Source: Octopus sinensis (lineage: Eukaryota). From it: DNA of 64,000 nucleotides. Position numbers and translations under genes: made by a program. How positions within the stretch are numbered: the first letter of the stretch is position 1; every line of letters starts with the position of its first letter. The notes under the pieces were generated by a model. That model saw only the letters and a program-made list of their open reading frames with translations. It did not search any database and was not told the origin of the DNA. This document shows positions 1 through 13,299 of this stretch, piece by piece. The stretch spans positions 38,378,001-38,442,000 of the forward strand of contig NC_043013.1 in NCBI RefSeq assembly GCF_006345805.1. The letters run 5' to 3'.

Positions 1-170
1 ATGGAAACGGAAATATTGAATATCAAACGAATATCTAAAGAACGGAGAAACATACGTAATATTAGGTGTGATTAAATGGAAGAAAAAAAATCATTCCTAT
101 ATCGATGACATCTACACACACACACACACACACACTTACACATGCACACTCACATACATATGCATACATA

Positions 171-218
<48 letters not shown>

Positions 219-297
219 CACATATATATATAATATACATACATATATATAATATATATATATTTATATATTTATATATATTGGATATATATAGTAT

Positions 298-380
298 TCG
301 TGAAGTAAAATTATGTAGAAACACCAAATGGCGGTGCCCCCAGCATGGCCCAGCACATGAGCTGAAACTAGATGAAATAA
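298..380 (+). mobile_element. Short 3' end of a CR1/L2-group LINE (or LINE-derived tail)
   Basis: GGCGGTGCCCCCAGCATGGCCCAGCACATGAGCTGAAAC matches the 3' UTR after the LINE stop at 53651-53688 (minus) and the family A SINE tails. Confidence 0.6.
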
Positions 381-714
381 TATATATATATATCTAAGTT
401 TATATATATTTTTACAAATATTTTATAATATATTATAATATGTTTTAAAATATTATATAATCCAGGTTTTCGTAGCACTAGGCCACTTGTGTTAATAAAT
501 ATACTATTAAATTAGTATCTAATCTCTCACCTTATAAATTAGTTTATATATATATATATATATATATATCTATATTATATATATATATATATATACATAT
601 GCAGATAAATAGATAGATGATAGATAGATATAGAGATAGATAGATGATAGATAGATAGATAGATAGATAGATAGGTATGTAGATAGATTGATAGGATAAT
701 ATATTATTCATGCG

Positions 715-1010
715 TGAAATCGTGTGGCCAAGCGGTTTGGGTGTTGGACGCATGATTGTAGGATTATAGCCTCTATTCCGGGATCGGGTGGTGTGTTGTG
801 TTCTTGAGCAGACCATTTCCTCTTCCTCAGCGACCTCTTTGACAACTGACGTATGACGCATTCTTTTTGCTGTACAACCTATGTCGCCTCGATGGAAGGA
901 ATGAGTACAAGTTCAACACAAAAAATTATTCCCTTTAAACAAATCTTTTATGCAGGTTGCCCGACAAGGTATTGCAGAACCCTCGTTTTTCATCAACGCC
1001 AGGAGAGCCC
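715..1010 (+). mobile_element. Degraded tRNA-headed SINE
   Basis: Head GTGGCCAAGCGGTTTGG followed by GTGTTGTGTTCTTGAGCA, a motif shared with the SINE at 58144. Confidence 0.6.
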
Positions 1011-1587
1011 AATATATATAGAATTTAAACAATATTTATTCATTTATTAGAATAATTTGGTCACTTCACTATTTACAATCGTTCATTGCGACAACCGCCA
1101 TAGAAACGAATATGATAATGCATTCATTAATTCACTGAGAAACAGATAATCATTAAATAAAGTGTAATTGAATAGAAGCCTACGGTTCCTTAATTCCTTT
1201 CTTGGGTTGTTCAGTTTACTGTTTGATAATGAAGAGACTAGCTGCCCTTTACGTGATTAGAAATATTAGTCATTTTGTGTTCATCGTTTATTGAACTGAA
1301 GATGAAAGGCGAAGGGTGTCATTCTTCCTCTCGTTGTACCTAGGTTGCGAATACGGAATCATTAATCACTTATGATACAGAAGATGAGGATCCGATTAAA
1401 TATTGTTCGTATTGTCGTACAAACTACTTAAAGTTTCAATTAATTTTTAATCAAAACCACACCCTGCCTTAGCAAAAATTGAAGAACCAAATACTCAATA
1501 CTGCGACTTCATTCACACTGAACGAATTCTAATTTATTACATCAGTGAGAATAATATACTTTGAATAGACGCAAAACCCAAAGAGTT

Positions 1588-1836
1588 CGAGCTGGCAGAA
1601 TCGTTAGCACGCCGGGCGAAATGCGTAGCCGTATTTCGTCTGCCGTACTTTCTGAGTTCATTTGCGCGGGCGTTCGTGGATTCAAATTCCCCCGAGGTCG
1701 ACTTTGCCTTTCATCCTTTCGGGGTCGATAAATTAAGTGCCAGTTACGCACTGGGGTCGATTTAATCGACTTAATCCGTTTGTGTGTCCTTCTTTGTCCC
1801 CTCTGTGTTTAGCCCCTTGTGGGTAGTAAAGAAATA
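1588..1836 (+). mobile_element. SINE family B (Meta/MESC-like central domain)
   Basis: GAGCTGGCAGAATCGTTAGC head and core GCCTTTCATCCTTTCGGGGTCGATAAATTAAGT; nearly identical to copies at 17543, 28755 and 38854. Confidence 0.9.
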
Positions 1837-1914
1837 TATATAGACGTAATTATTAGTAGTAACAGACTAAGAGCCAAGAACAAATGCAGGACTCTAAACA
1901 TTTTTTTATATTTT

Positions 1915-2160
1915 TACCGTTTCTCGTTTCAGTTATTGAAATACGGCCATGCTGGGGCACCGATTTGACATGTTGACTTGGTCAAATCGATACAAATATA
2001 TTTATCTTTTAAAGTCTGGTGCTTTTGTACTCGATTTCTTGGTGTCTTATGCCAACACGCAAGTTACGAGGATGTAAGCAAAACAACACCGGTTGACAAG
2101 CGGTGGAGTCTACAAAGATATACATGCACACACAAACAACACGGACACAAATACACACGC
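1915..2160 (-). mobile_element. SINE family A, degraded 3' half
   Basis: Reverse complement of the family A tail (TTTCAG...GGCCATGCTGGGGCACCG; ACACCGGTTGACAAGCG). Confidence 0.7.
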
Positions 2161-2165
2161 GCATG

Positions 2166-2208
<43 letters not shown>

Positions 2209-2352
2209 ATATAAATTAATAATAAATATTAGGAATAAATCCAAACTTACAGGGAAAAATCAGATTTAGGATTGAATCCAATTTATAGTAATATATTATA
2301 TTGGCTTAAGTTTTTCATTGTTTGATTTGCCTAATAGTGGTCTTGTCTCTAA

Positions 2353-2398
<46 letters not shown>

Positions 2399-2514
2399 GC
2401 GTGTATGTTGTCTGTGTGTGTATGCTTTGTACACTCAAGCACTCTTTGTTTACATCCCCGTATATATATATATATGTGTGTGCTTGTGTGTGTGGTGTGT
2501 GTGTGTGTGTGTGT

Positions 2515-2808
2515 GGAGGCACATGGCCTGGTGGCTAGAGCAGCGGACTCACGGTCGAGGGATCGCCGGTTCAAATCTCAGACCGGGCGATGTGTGCGTT
2601 TATAAGCGAAACGACTAAGCTCCACGCAGCTCCGGCAGAAGGTAATGGCGAACTTCTTTCGCCACAACTTTCTCTCACTCTTGCCTCCTGCATCTTGCAG
2701 CTCACCTGCGACGGACCGGCGTCCCGTCTAGATGGGGAACCTATACGCCAAGGTAACCGGGAAACCAACCCTATCAGCCAGGCGTGGCTCGAGAAGGAAG
2801 AAACAAAA
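2515..2808 (+). mobile_element. tRNA-derived SINE, a distinct family
   Basis: A box TGGCCTGGTGG and B box GGTTCAAATC; unique body; A-rich tail; bounded by microsatellites. Confidence 0.75.
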
Positions 2809-2833
2809 TAAATATATACATACATACACCCCC

Positions 2834-2867
<34 letters not shown>

Positions 2868-3029
2868 GCTCACACGCACGCACATACATACATACATACA
2901 TATGACCTCTGTCAAGCAATGTCGAGTCAGTGCGGCAGAGTAAACTCATCAAACCTGTAGGACCCCTCAAGGTCAAATTCTCGGTCACCGCTTTGAACTG
3001 TGGTCGGGCTACAGAATATATCGAGTTCC

Positions 3030-3215
3030 CCGTGTACTTACATAAATACGACGGCCTCCCATCCAATTGCCGTGTACCAAATACACTCACAATAATTTAG
3101 TCGGTTCGGGACTATAGAAGAAGTCACTTATTCAAAGTACTGCACTATAGAACTGGATCCGAAACCACGAGTTGGCAAAGCAAGTTTCTTAAGCATAAAA
3201 TAATGCCATGCCTCT
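3030..3215 (-). mobile_element. SINE family A, old 5' half
   Basis: Degenerate reverse complement of the family A head (ACTATAGAAGAAGTCACTT...GAAACCACG). Confidence 0.5.
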
Positions 3216-3567
3216 GTGTATCATGTACTTTTTAAGACGTCAGAAAGATACATAAAAAGACATAAGTAAATAAACCTATCTTACGTATATATGACATGAT
3301 ATTGGGATATTTTCGGTAATTAGACGATTCTACTTTGTTTTTTTCCTTTTTCTTTGCATCTCTTAATCAATGATATGCTTCTTGGCATAATTTATTCCCC
3401 CTGCGGTTGATATTCCTATTTAGGGTGTCTTATGAGACATACCATGTATAAATAATCGGAATGTTTTAAACTCACCAGAGACAAAAACCCAGGGACTGTA
3501 TGTTGCAGTACTTGACCTCTTATCTAATGTATAGTGACATCTGGTGGCATCACCTGCTTCCTTCAGA

Positions 3568-3600
<33 letters not shown>

Positions 3601-3753
3601 TATATATGTATTAGTGTGTCGGTCTGTGCGTGTCTGTGTCTGTGTGCGTGTACATGTACGTATATATATATGAAAATGTACGTCATATAATATACATATG
3701 TATACGCATTTCTAAACGAAGTGGATACCATACTTGTGTGAGTGTGTATCTGC

Positions 3754-3785
<32 letters not shown>

Positions 3786-3928
3786 GTGTGTATGTGTGAG
3801 TGTGTGTGTGTGAAGATATATGATACAAAATTAATAACGTGGTTACGGCTCACACATTCTCATACCGATTACTTTCAACATACCCATACCTGCATAACAA
3901 TTTAGACATACTGAGACAAGACAAATAT

Positions 3929-4017
<89 letters not shown>

Positions 4018-4053
4018 GATCTATCTATCTATCTATCAATCTATCTATTTATC
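3929..4053 (+). repeat. (TATC)n microsatellite, representative of many similar tracts (e.g. 8215, 9560, 10925, 34396-34631, 35710, 50570, 60716)
   Basis: Direct tetranucleotide repeat. Confidence 0.97.
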
Positions 4054-4631
4054 TACCAACACCCATCTCTGTTATAATATTATGTTAATATTAAAGCAAA
4101 TTTCTGACAATCAAAGTCTAGATATTCATTTACCTACGTATTTATTAAATAAACCTTTAACCAATCACTGTATAACATTTTCATCGTTTGAATTACATTG
4201 AAGACGTTCTGATGATCCCCAATTTCAAACATTTTCAGTGGAATTCTGTTGAAGTACCGAAATATTTATCTACACAAGTTTATACATATGGCCGACAATC
4301 GTAGCACTTTTTGTCATATACCCTAAATATCAAGGTTACGATCCCCTATGTCTTCTACAAAGAGGTTCGGAGATCTTAATAAAGGTAGGAATTCTTGCTC
4401 AAACAGCAGAACGAATTTGTATGATGTTATTCTCATAGTACCGTATGTTTTAGTGTTTCACGTGTCATACGCTGGTAATTTAAACAAGAAATACCAGCAT
4501 GATCCATGACCCACGTGACTACAGGGTATACGTCATCGACAAACTCTGAGAGGTGCCAGACACTTATGGCATTCCAGTGAGTGACTTCTAGAACGATGCT
4601 CGTCAGGCTTTGTTATACATCTCTATAGTTA

Positions 4632-4822
4632 AGAGATGGGGAATTATGTGCAATATTTACATTTGACGGAAATTTCATCAGGTGTCTTGAGGTAATGAGA
4701 ACCCAGGTTCGAAATTACCCCAAGATATCTGATGAAGGCTGGAAGGTATATCATCCGAAACGTTGTGTTAACAACAAACAAGTTGAGGACAAATATCAGT
4801 CAAATGTACATAATGTAAATAA
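4632..4822. mobile_element. Fold-back Penelope-like repeat with a hammerhead motif
   Basis: Inner arms TTCATCAGGTGTCTTGAGGTAAT / ATTACCCCAAGATATCTGATGAA; outer arms TTTACATTTGAC / GTCAAATGTACA. Confidence 0.7.
4724..4769 (+). ncRNA. Minimal type-I hammerhead ribozyme motif (degenerate)
   Basis: GATAT-CTGATGA-A-GGCTG...CATCC-GAAA-CG-TT-GTGTT. The opposite arm reads GACAC-CTGATGAA, which restores stem I GACAC/GTGTT. Confidence 0.65.
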
Positions 4823-5134
4823 CGTATGCTCTGTTATATAATGTCTATGAAGATATATTCAGAAAACAGCATCTTACCTGTCAATGATGTTCATATATTA
4901 AGTGTGACATAGTGATAGTATACATCTATAATTCTCAAAACTTACAGATTTCAAAGTGTAAGCTTTTAGTGATAGGCGTGTTTACATATTGTTACGCACC
5001 CAAACGAACTCATCCCAAGCATGCATTTGGTTGATCGCAGCTTAAGATCATGACATTGGCGGAAGCGAATGAACAATTGGATTCTGACTGCATTCACACG
5101 CTGGAATTCATCCGTCAACTAATGACACGGCCTT

Positions 5135-5655
5135 AGGCTCACTTCAGACATCCCTGTGAAGCTGCTGGAGACTGTGTTAAATTGTCTGGCTGGAGAGGTT
5201 TCAACTAGAAGCCATATATGCGGCAGTAGGATTCAGCCCCTGGTCATACCTCCTGAAATATATTGAAGCCGTTGTCGGAGAATTTCTACGACATCACCAG
5301 CCCCATTTTCTGACCTCCTAATTCTGATTGTTACCCCATGTATTACCATGCATGCGGCGTGGATGCTGTTGAGAAAGGCACAAACCGTACTGTCTGCAAA
5401 ATGAAGGCCAAGAATCGGTGGCCAAGATCAAGATGTTCGTAAACCTTTTAGGAGCAGAGTGAGGCACGCATGCGCCATGTTCTAGAGCCGCCTTGAGGTC
5501 ATAGTGGAACCTGAAAGCGCCAACTTTGAATAAACTGACATCACCAAGCTATAATCGTTGTTGTTTTTTTGATTTTTAAGAATACTTTTGCTTTCGAATA
5601 AGATATTTTTTCTTTTATACAAACTGTCAATTTTTTTCGAACACTTTCAATGTAT
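5135..5655 (+). mobile_element. Tc1/mariner-superfamily transposase 3' remnant (maT/DD37D-like)
   Basis: Hand translation across stops and frameshifts gives KLLETV..WLER..PY..Q*DSAPGHTS..LSENFYD..PPNS.DC.PM..AVEK.TN..SRLEVIVE..FE*, resembling QQDSAPxH / WPPNSPDxNPxDY catalytic motifs. Confidence 0.8.
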
Positions 5656-5690
5656 CTATATATGTATATGCATATATATATACATATATA

Positions 5691-5737
<47 letters not shown>

Positions 5738-5757
5738 ATATTATATATATATATATG

Positions 5758-5788
<31 letters not shown>

Positions 5789-6806
5789 GTATATAATATG
5801 TATATATATATATATATATATGAATTATATATGTATATATATATATATATGTATGTATATATATGTATATATATTATATGTAGGTTATATATATGTATAT
5901 ATATATATGCATTCAGACATACATATATAAATACTCACACACACACACATATACACTTACATGCAAGCACACACGCACATACACACACACACGTGAACAC
6001 ATATATTTGTCTGCAACCTTTCATATTTCCATGGCTTCCATTAATCCATTGTCCTCACTGTTCAACCCCTACCCTCAACCCGTCACCCACTAACACATTT
6101 CAGCCCCCCTCCCACCACCGCTCATATCTTCCTTTACCATGTGACCCTTATAACTGCCCCCTTACCCCTTACTATAACCTCGCACACAAGCTGCAATGCA
6201 GGCAGACTCCCACACGCTCACATACACCTTATAGCAAATACATACACACTACAAACGCCACCCATCTGGAGCTATAGCCACAGCTGTCTCCTCCCCACCG
6301 GTATGAACATCTTATAAGCAAGTTTTCCCCTGTTAACATTTTTTTCTCTCTCTTTGACTTTCACTCCCCGTTCCCAAATTTTTTTATTTATTTTTTTTTT
6401 ACTTTTTCGCTTTGGTTTTTGTAATTCCCAACATCCAGCTCTCCTTTTAACATTCTCAAGTTACGCAGCAACTTCCTTCCTTCCTTCCTTCTATCTATCT
6501 ATATAACCATCCATCCATCCAAACATGCCTTTATCCATTCTTTTTGGAATCCAACAACATTTCGCCTAGCCAGCAATCAAGCTAGCTGACTGAATCGTTA
6601 GATGGACACTTAGGTTCGCATTTAAATGTCTCTCTCTCTCTTTCACTCGCTTTCTCTCTCTTTACCTACCTATCTCTGTATATATATATATACATACATA
6701 ACACATATACATATTTTATGCATGTATATAAATACACGCACATATACATACAAGCTTATATATATATATATATATATATATATCTATATATACGTAATAT
6801 ATATAT

Positions 6807-6909
<103 letters not shown>

Positions 6910-7061
6910 GTTAAGACCGTCTGCATATCTTTCTATCCTTCTATCTATCTAGAATATCTAATTAGCTAATTATGCATAATGCATACATATGCATATATAT
7001 ACATACATACATACATATATATATATGCATATATCATATGTGTGTGTATGTATATGTATTC

Positions 7062-7476
7062 AGTGGCTGTGTGGTAAGTAGCTTGCTTATCAACCATATG
7101 GTTCCGGGTTCAGTCTCACTGCATGGCACCTTGGGCAAGTGTTTTCTAATATAGCCTTGAGCCGACCAAAGCCTTGTGAGTGGATTTGGTAGATGGAAAC
7201 TGAAAGAAGCCCTTCGTATATATATATATATAAATACGTGTGTGCGTGTGTATGTGTGTGTTTGTGTCTGTGTTTGTCCCCCAAACATCGCTTGATATCC
7301 GATGCTGGTGTGTTTACGTCCTCGTAACGTAGTGGACCGTCAAAAAGCGACCGATAGAATAAGTACTAGGCTTACAAAGTATAAGTGCTGGGCTCGATTT
7401 GCTCGATTTTAGGCGGTGCAACAGCATGGTCGCACTCAAATGACTGAAACGAATAAAAGAATATAAGAATAAAAGA

Positions 7477-7478
<2 letters not shown>
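7062..7478 (+). mobile_element. SINE family A (tRNA head, internal TA/TG microsatellite, LINE-like tail)
   Basis: TGGCTGTGTGG A box, GGTTCAGTCT B box, GGCACCTTGGGCAAGTG core, tail GGCGGTGC..CAGCATGG..TGACTGAAAC; matches 21292, 24597 and 38462. Confidence 0.9.
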
Positions 7479-7513
<35 letters not shown>

Positions 7514-8214
7514 GATAGGTATACATATATGTATATGTATACTTATATAATATACTCATAGATGTACATATAAATATGTGTATATACGCAAACACGCACG
7601 TACAAACGCACACGTACACACATACTCACACATATATATATCATATATAGATAGTGCCCCTGCATGGCCATAGCCTCAGGGCTGAAGCACATAAGAGTAA
7701 AGGAGATACATGTGCATATGCATGCATTTATGTATGCAAGCATATTCAGGTCAAAAAGAAGGATAATTGAAAGTAATTAATACTAACAGATTGTAGGAAA
7801 TAAAATTTAAACGATGCTAGACGTTTCCGAAGTACTTACTCCGAGTTTCACACTTCCGCTCTACAGACGAATTATCTAAAGCGTTCTACTTCCTCCTTAC
7901 ATTTCATGAACCTTTCAAATGCCAATGAATCTTTTCTATGAATACATAAACATATAGCATACATTGACACACACACACATATTCATTCGTACATATCTAC
8001 ATTTATATACACTTCATTTTTTACATCTGGTTTTCAAAGAAATCTTCCTTTTTCGAAAGCTTGTTTATGTGACTCTGCGTGTGTGTGATTGCATGTATGT
8101 GTGTGTGTGTGTGTGTTCTGTGTGTTTATTTACTCTTTTACTGTTGTAAAGTGTCTGCTGGCATTCTCGAATACCGCACATGCATATATGTAGGTACTCA
8201 TGAAAACGAATGCA

Positions 8215-8293
<79 letters not shown>

Positions 8294-8390
8294 TTACCTG
8301 TATCTGAGAGTGTGTGTGTGGTGGGGTGCGTGCAAGTGTTCACACACGCACATACACACACACACATACACACACATATACATATATATA

Positions 8391-9262
8391 TGAGGACTGA
8401 TCAATAAGTATCCGACTGTTGACATAGTAACGAAGATGAAGCTCTCTGGGTGAAACTGCGTGGCTAATATTGACCGTAACATGTGCAGTGCATACTCACT
8501 AAGCTTTAAAGTTCTAGCTCATATCTACTGTTTACAACAGTGCTTCGAAGGAAGGTGTGTAGCATGTGATTGTCGCATTGACCATAGCAGAGAAAGTTGT
8601 CATGTTGATACCTGCTCGGAGGCTTAGCAAAGTTACAGAAAGCGTATGAAGAGGAGTGTATGAGCCGCACGCAAGTGGTTCAGACGTTTCCAAGTTTTCG
8701 ATATTGACGGATGTCTGGGAGATCCACAACCAGCAGAACTGAGAAAAACATCGATGATGTACGTGAGACTCTGAGAGGGAAATCGTCGAATCACCATCCG
8801 TGAGTTATCAGGGGATGTGCAGTATAGTTACGGTTCAGTTCAGTCCATTATCACTGACGATTTGGTTATGAGACACGTGTCTGCCAAATTGTGCCCAAAC
8901 TGCTTTCAGCTGTCTATAAAGGCACTCGGGATTCAGTTGCAGAAGAACTCCTTGAGTGTGTCGGGAACGAGGAAAACTGTTTGAAAATTTTGCGCTGGCC
9001 TCTGAGCAGGTTTCGCCAAGCTTTTGGCAAAATTTGATGCAGATTCTCTGCTCGACGTCCTCTCTCATAGCTAATGTGATGATCACATACTACACACCTT
9101 CCTTCCAATCACTTCTGTAAACAGGGAATGTGAGGGAGAACATTATATCTTAGCGCACATGCAGAACAGAGGTTAAGGTGAATCTGTGCCAAGCGGCTTT
9201 AATTTGCATGCTTTAACTTTGTTACTATGGCAACACTCCGGATACTTATTAATCAGACCACG
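8391..9262. mobile_element. Rearranged mariner element built from two inverted 5' halves
   Basis: TIRs CTGATCAATAAGTATCCG.CTGTTGACATAG / CTATGGCAACACTCCGGATACTTATTAATCAG. Plus-strand relic KLQKAYEEECMSRT..NRRITIRELS..SYGSVQSII..VSAK; minus strand MREDVEQRICIKFCQKLGETCSEA. Confidence 0.85.
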
Positions 9263-9306
9263 CATATATATATATATATGTTTATTTATTAAATTGTTAT
9301 TATATA

Positions 9307-9425
<119 letters not shown>

Positions 9426-9473
9426 CATATGTGTATATATATATATATATATTATATATATATAATGTGTGTG

Positions 9474-9508
<35 letters not shown>

Positions 9509-9568
9509 ATATGTCTATCTTTACATCCCACTTCTGTCTAAAGAACTATCAATCTTTCTATCTATCTT

Positions 9569-9608
<40 letters not shown>

Positions 9609-10942
9609 ACTATCTATCTATCTATCTATATATCTATCTATCTATCTATCTATTTGTTTATGTGGCTATTCTCGTATCAGTATATCTATCCGAACATCTA
9701 TCTATGAAGATATCTCCTATTATTCATGATCTGCTTTCTATAAATATATTTGCTGTATTTTTGTATATTTTTGCTTTTATTTTCACAGCATATTTTTTCT
9801 TCCACTCTATCTTCGTCTCTCAGTTTGTCTGTCTATGTCTCTTTTACCCTTTCTGTCTGTCTTTCCCTCCTGAAAGTGTGTGCTTACTCTTCCCCTTAAA
9901 TAATGCCATACAATACAGATTCCCCTGCCACGGGCTGAAGCGACCCTCAAGAACACAACTCCCTCACCACCAGCAACCAAACATCCAGTGTGAATCCCCT
10001 TACCACGATTGCACAAACATCGACGTCACAAGCACATCCCCACCACCACCACCACCACCACCACCACCACTACCTTTAGTGTCGTCGTCGTCATCATCAT
10101 CAACAATAACAACAAAAACTAGAGGAAATAGACCGCAACAACAACTAGAACAACGACATACTCAGCATCACCACCAGAAATAACACTGACAGCGACATCA
10201 GCAGCAAATGCAGCAGCGAAACTAAAGCAGAAGCAGCAGCAGCAGCAGCAGTAGCAGCAGTATTATCATTATCACCCTCTGAACTAACAGCATGTTGTGT
10301 TTTTTTTTTCATTATTCCTTTGTTTCTTATTTTATTTTCTTATTTTTTTTATTTTCACAGAACGCCATTCTCTCCTCCCATTCTCCCGCGAATGTCAGCT
10401 CGTCTAAACCATCGCCCTACGTCGGTGCCTGGCCATGAGTAATTAAAAAGGAATAACTTGGACAAGATGGCTGCCACGACTTGGAATGCAGTGGCTAATA
10501 TCTGTTTTTGGACGGATAATTACATATGATCTCATTCACAGCAGTTCCTTTTTCTTCAATGCCTATTAATGCATTTTAGTCCGCTATTTTTCTTCTTATT
10601 TTTCCTATCATTTTCCATCCACCTTCGTTTTCTAACATCTTCGTCATTCTCTCATGGTGTTCGTCCGACCGTTGTCTGTTTTTTTCCTCTTTCACTCCTT
10701 CTTCTACTCCTCCTCCTTCTTACTTTCGTACTACGCTCACAGAAAATCTTTTTCTTATTTCAAAGCCTTAACGTTCGCTTATACAAAAAAAAATCTGATC
10801 GATATGCTTGATATAATGTAACATGTATGTTGTATTAACAATGTATGCACGCTGGTGAATTTTTTTTGTTTATACTATACGTCATATGTACTTCAGATTA
10901 CATGAACATATGTCTGTCTGGTCATCTATCTATCTATCTATC

Positions 10943-10992
<50 letters not shown>

Positions 10993-11030
10993 AATCTATC
11001 TATCTATCTATCTATCTGTGGGTTTGTCTC

Positions 11031-11090
<60 letters not shown>

Positions 11091-11169
11091 ATAGAGATGA
11101 ATAGATATGCTATTAAATTAGTATCTAATTCTCTCACCCTTATTAATTAATTATATATATATATATGAA

Positions 11170-11875
11170 TATTGAAATTATAAATTAGGGTATCGACGAG
11201 GTACCACGATGCTGAAAATAGCAGCCATGGTCTGACTCTAAAACCACCTTAAGTGTCCATATATCGACACGGAAAGAAAACAAAGAGACAAGATGAAACT
11301 AGTAAAAAAAATACTGGATAATTCTAGATACCGGATTTCTGACTTTGCATTTGGGAAGCTTGGTCTCGTCAGTAGAATACACACAGAAGAGAAACATAAA
11401 TTAAAAGGCGGGCATTTTGAACTGACCATGATGAAACTAGTAAAAAATTACTGTATATTACTAGATCCCTGATTTCTCACTTTGCATTTGAGAATGCTTT
11501 GTCTCCTCAGTAGAATACACACAGAAGAGAAACATAAATTAAAGGGCGGGTATTTTGAACTGGCTATGATGCATACGTGCATATATATGTAGGTATACGT
11601 TCGTATATGTAAGTATTCGTATGTTGTATTTATATATACATATATTTATGTTTCTCTTCTGTGTGTATTCTACTGACGAGGCAAAGCATTCCAAAATGCA
11701 AAGTCAGATATCCGGGATCTAGAATTATCCAGAAAGTTTTTACTAGTTTCATCTTGTCTCTTTGTTTTCTCTCCGTGTCGATATATGGACACAAAAGGTG
11801 GTTTTAGAGTCAGACCATGGCTGCTATTTTCAGCATGGTGGTATCTCGTAGATAGCCTAATTTATAATTTCAATA
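11170..11875. mobile_element. Large inverted repeat (about 230-bp arms) with an internal 138-bp tandem duplication; Penelope-like
   Basis: 11170-11401 is the approximate reverse complement of 11644-11875. 11292-11429 is duplicated at 11430-11568. CTGANGA motif in all three units. Confidence 0.85.
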
Positions 11876-13055
11876 ATTATTACCTTTGAAGGTTATTTTT
11901 TCCATGCTGACCACTTGATGAAATCGGTATTTTATTTTTAAATTAACGATCTTATCCTTATTTATATAAATTTAAATTAATTTCATCACTGTATTATATC
12001 AATATTAGGTGATATAAGATTCGTACTTCGGCATGGAAATCTAGATTATGGAATGGAAGGAAATGTAATTGTCTGTCAATGAACATTTCAAATCCAATCC
12101 TCAGGTGGTAACTGATGCTTACAGAGTTGCAGGTCATAATTTATAATAATACTACATTAACATGAGGAAAGGGATGCACAAGTAAACAGTACTAGCGTTA
12201 ATGAGTTATTGCCCATCAAGTTGGGAGTCCGAAATTCGTTGTAAAAATCGAGGATTACTCTAGAAAAGACAACGACGGATGATGCGCGGACGAGGCCATT
12301 TTCCATCATTCCATACTTTTCGTATGCAAGTCGTCGGAATTCGCTTTGAGCATTCTAATTTTTTCACAGTGTACGTACCGGCCGCTTCGGCGAAAAGCAC
12401 CCTCGGAGGAACCGTGTGGGCCGAAACGACCGGGAGGTGGACGCGCTACGGTAACGGCGAAGGCCGACGACGCCTGCCTCGTGGCTCCCGCACCGACCCG
12501 CGCGACAGTGCAAGTCATCCTATTAAGGATCTTCTGTATGAAATCTGTTTGCCCTGCAAATGTTCTCCAAAAACAACTTTTTAGCATAGATGGAATAAAG
12601 GAAGGGGTGCATAGGTGGCTCATCTCTCCTACCTGAAAGAATTTCTTCTGAGGCAATGGAAAAGCTTGCGCTAAGACTGGCCAAATATCTTCAAAAGCTA
12701 CTGTGTTATGCATGATGTAATAGTAATCTTAAGATATTTGTTGTTGAAATAAATTAAAAATAAGCGTATTATAGAATGCTGATTTCCTTTGGCAAAAACA
12801 AAAGAGAAATAGAAATGTTGTGCCAACGTAATAACAACGACAACGAAATTCACGCTTCGATTTCAAATGTACCATATAGAGATTAGAGGGAGAAAACATC
12901 AAGTAATGTGCGCACGACAGATTTTTCCTGCCAATTGGAAAGCCGTATAATTCCGTTTGCGAATAACACGCCTGCTCATATATATATACAAACATGCAAA
13001 CATATAAACATATATCATAATACATACATACATACATACATACATATAAAAATGC

Positions 13056-13091
<36 letters not shown>

Positions 13092-13215
13092 ATATATGTG
13101 TGTGTGTTTATATATATATATATGTACGTATGTGTGTTTGTGTGTGCATTCATGTATATACATATGTATGCACACATGTATATACTTATATATATACATA
13201 TATACATATATATAC

Positions 13216-13246
<31 letters not shown>

Positions 13247-13251
13247 CATAC

Positions 13252-13299
<48 letters not shown>

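Noticed and set aside
5588-6277. 229-aa ORF and the many YIYI/LSIY/THTH ORFs
   Set aside because: Translations of (TA)n, (TATC)n and (CA)n tracts, which lack stops in some frames.
9662-10183. 173-aa ORF with poly-P/S/Q
   Set aside because: Composed of simple repeats and T-rich sequence; no recognisable protein.
12306-12713. 135-aa minus-strand ORF (TVAFEDIWPVLAQAF..)
   Set aside because: Only a vague resemblance to helical N-termini. It crosses the GC-rich insert and no family is recognisable.
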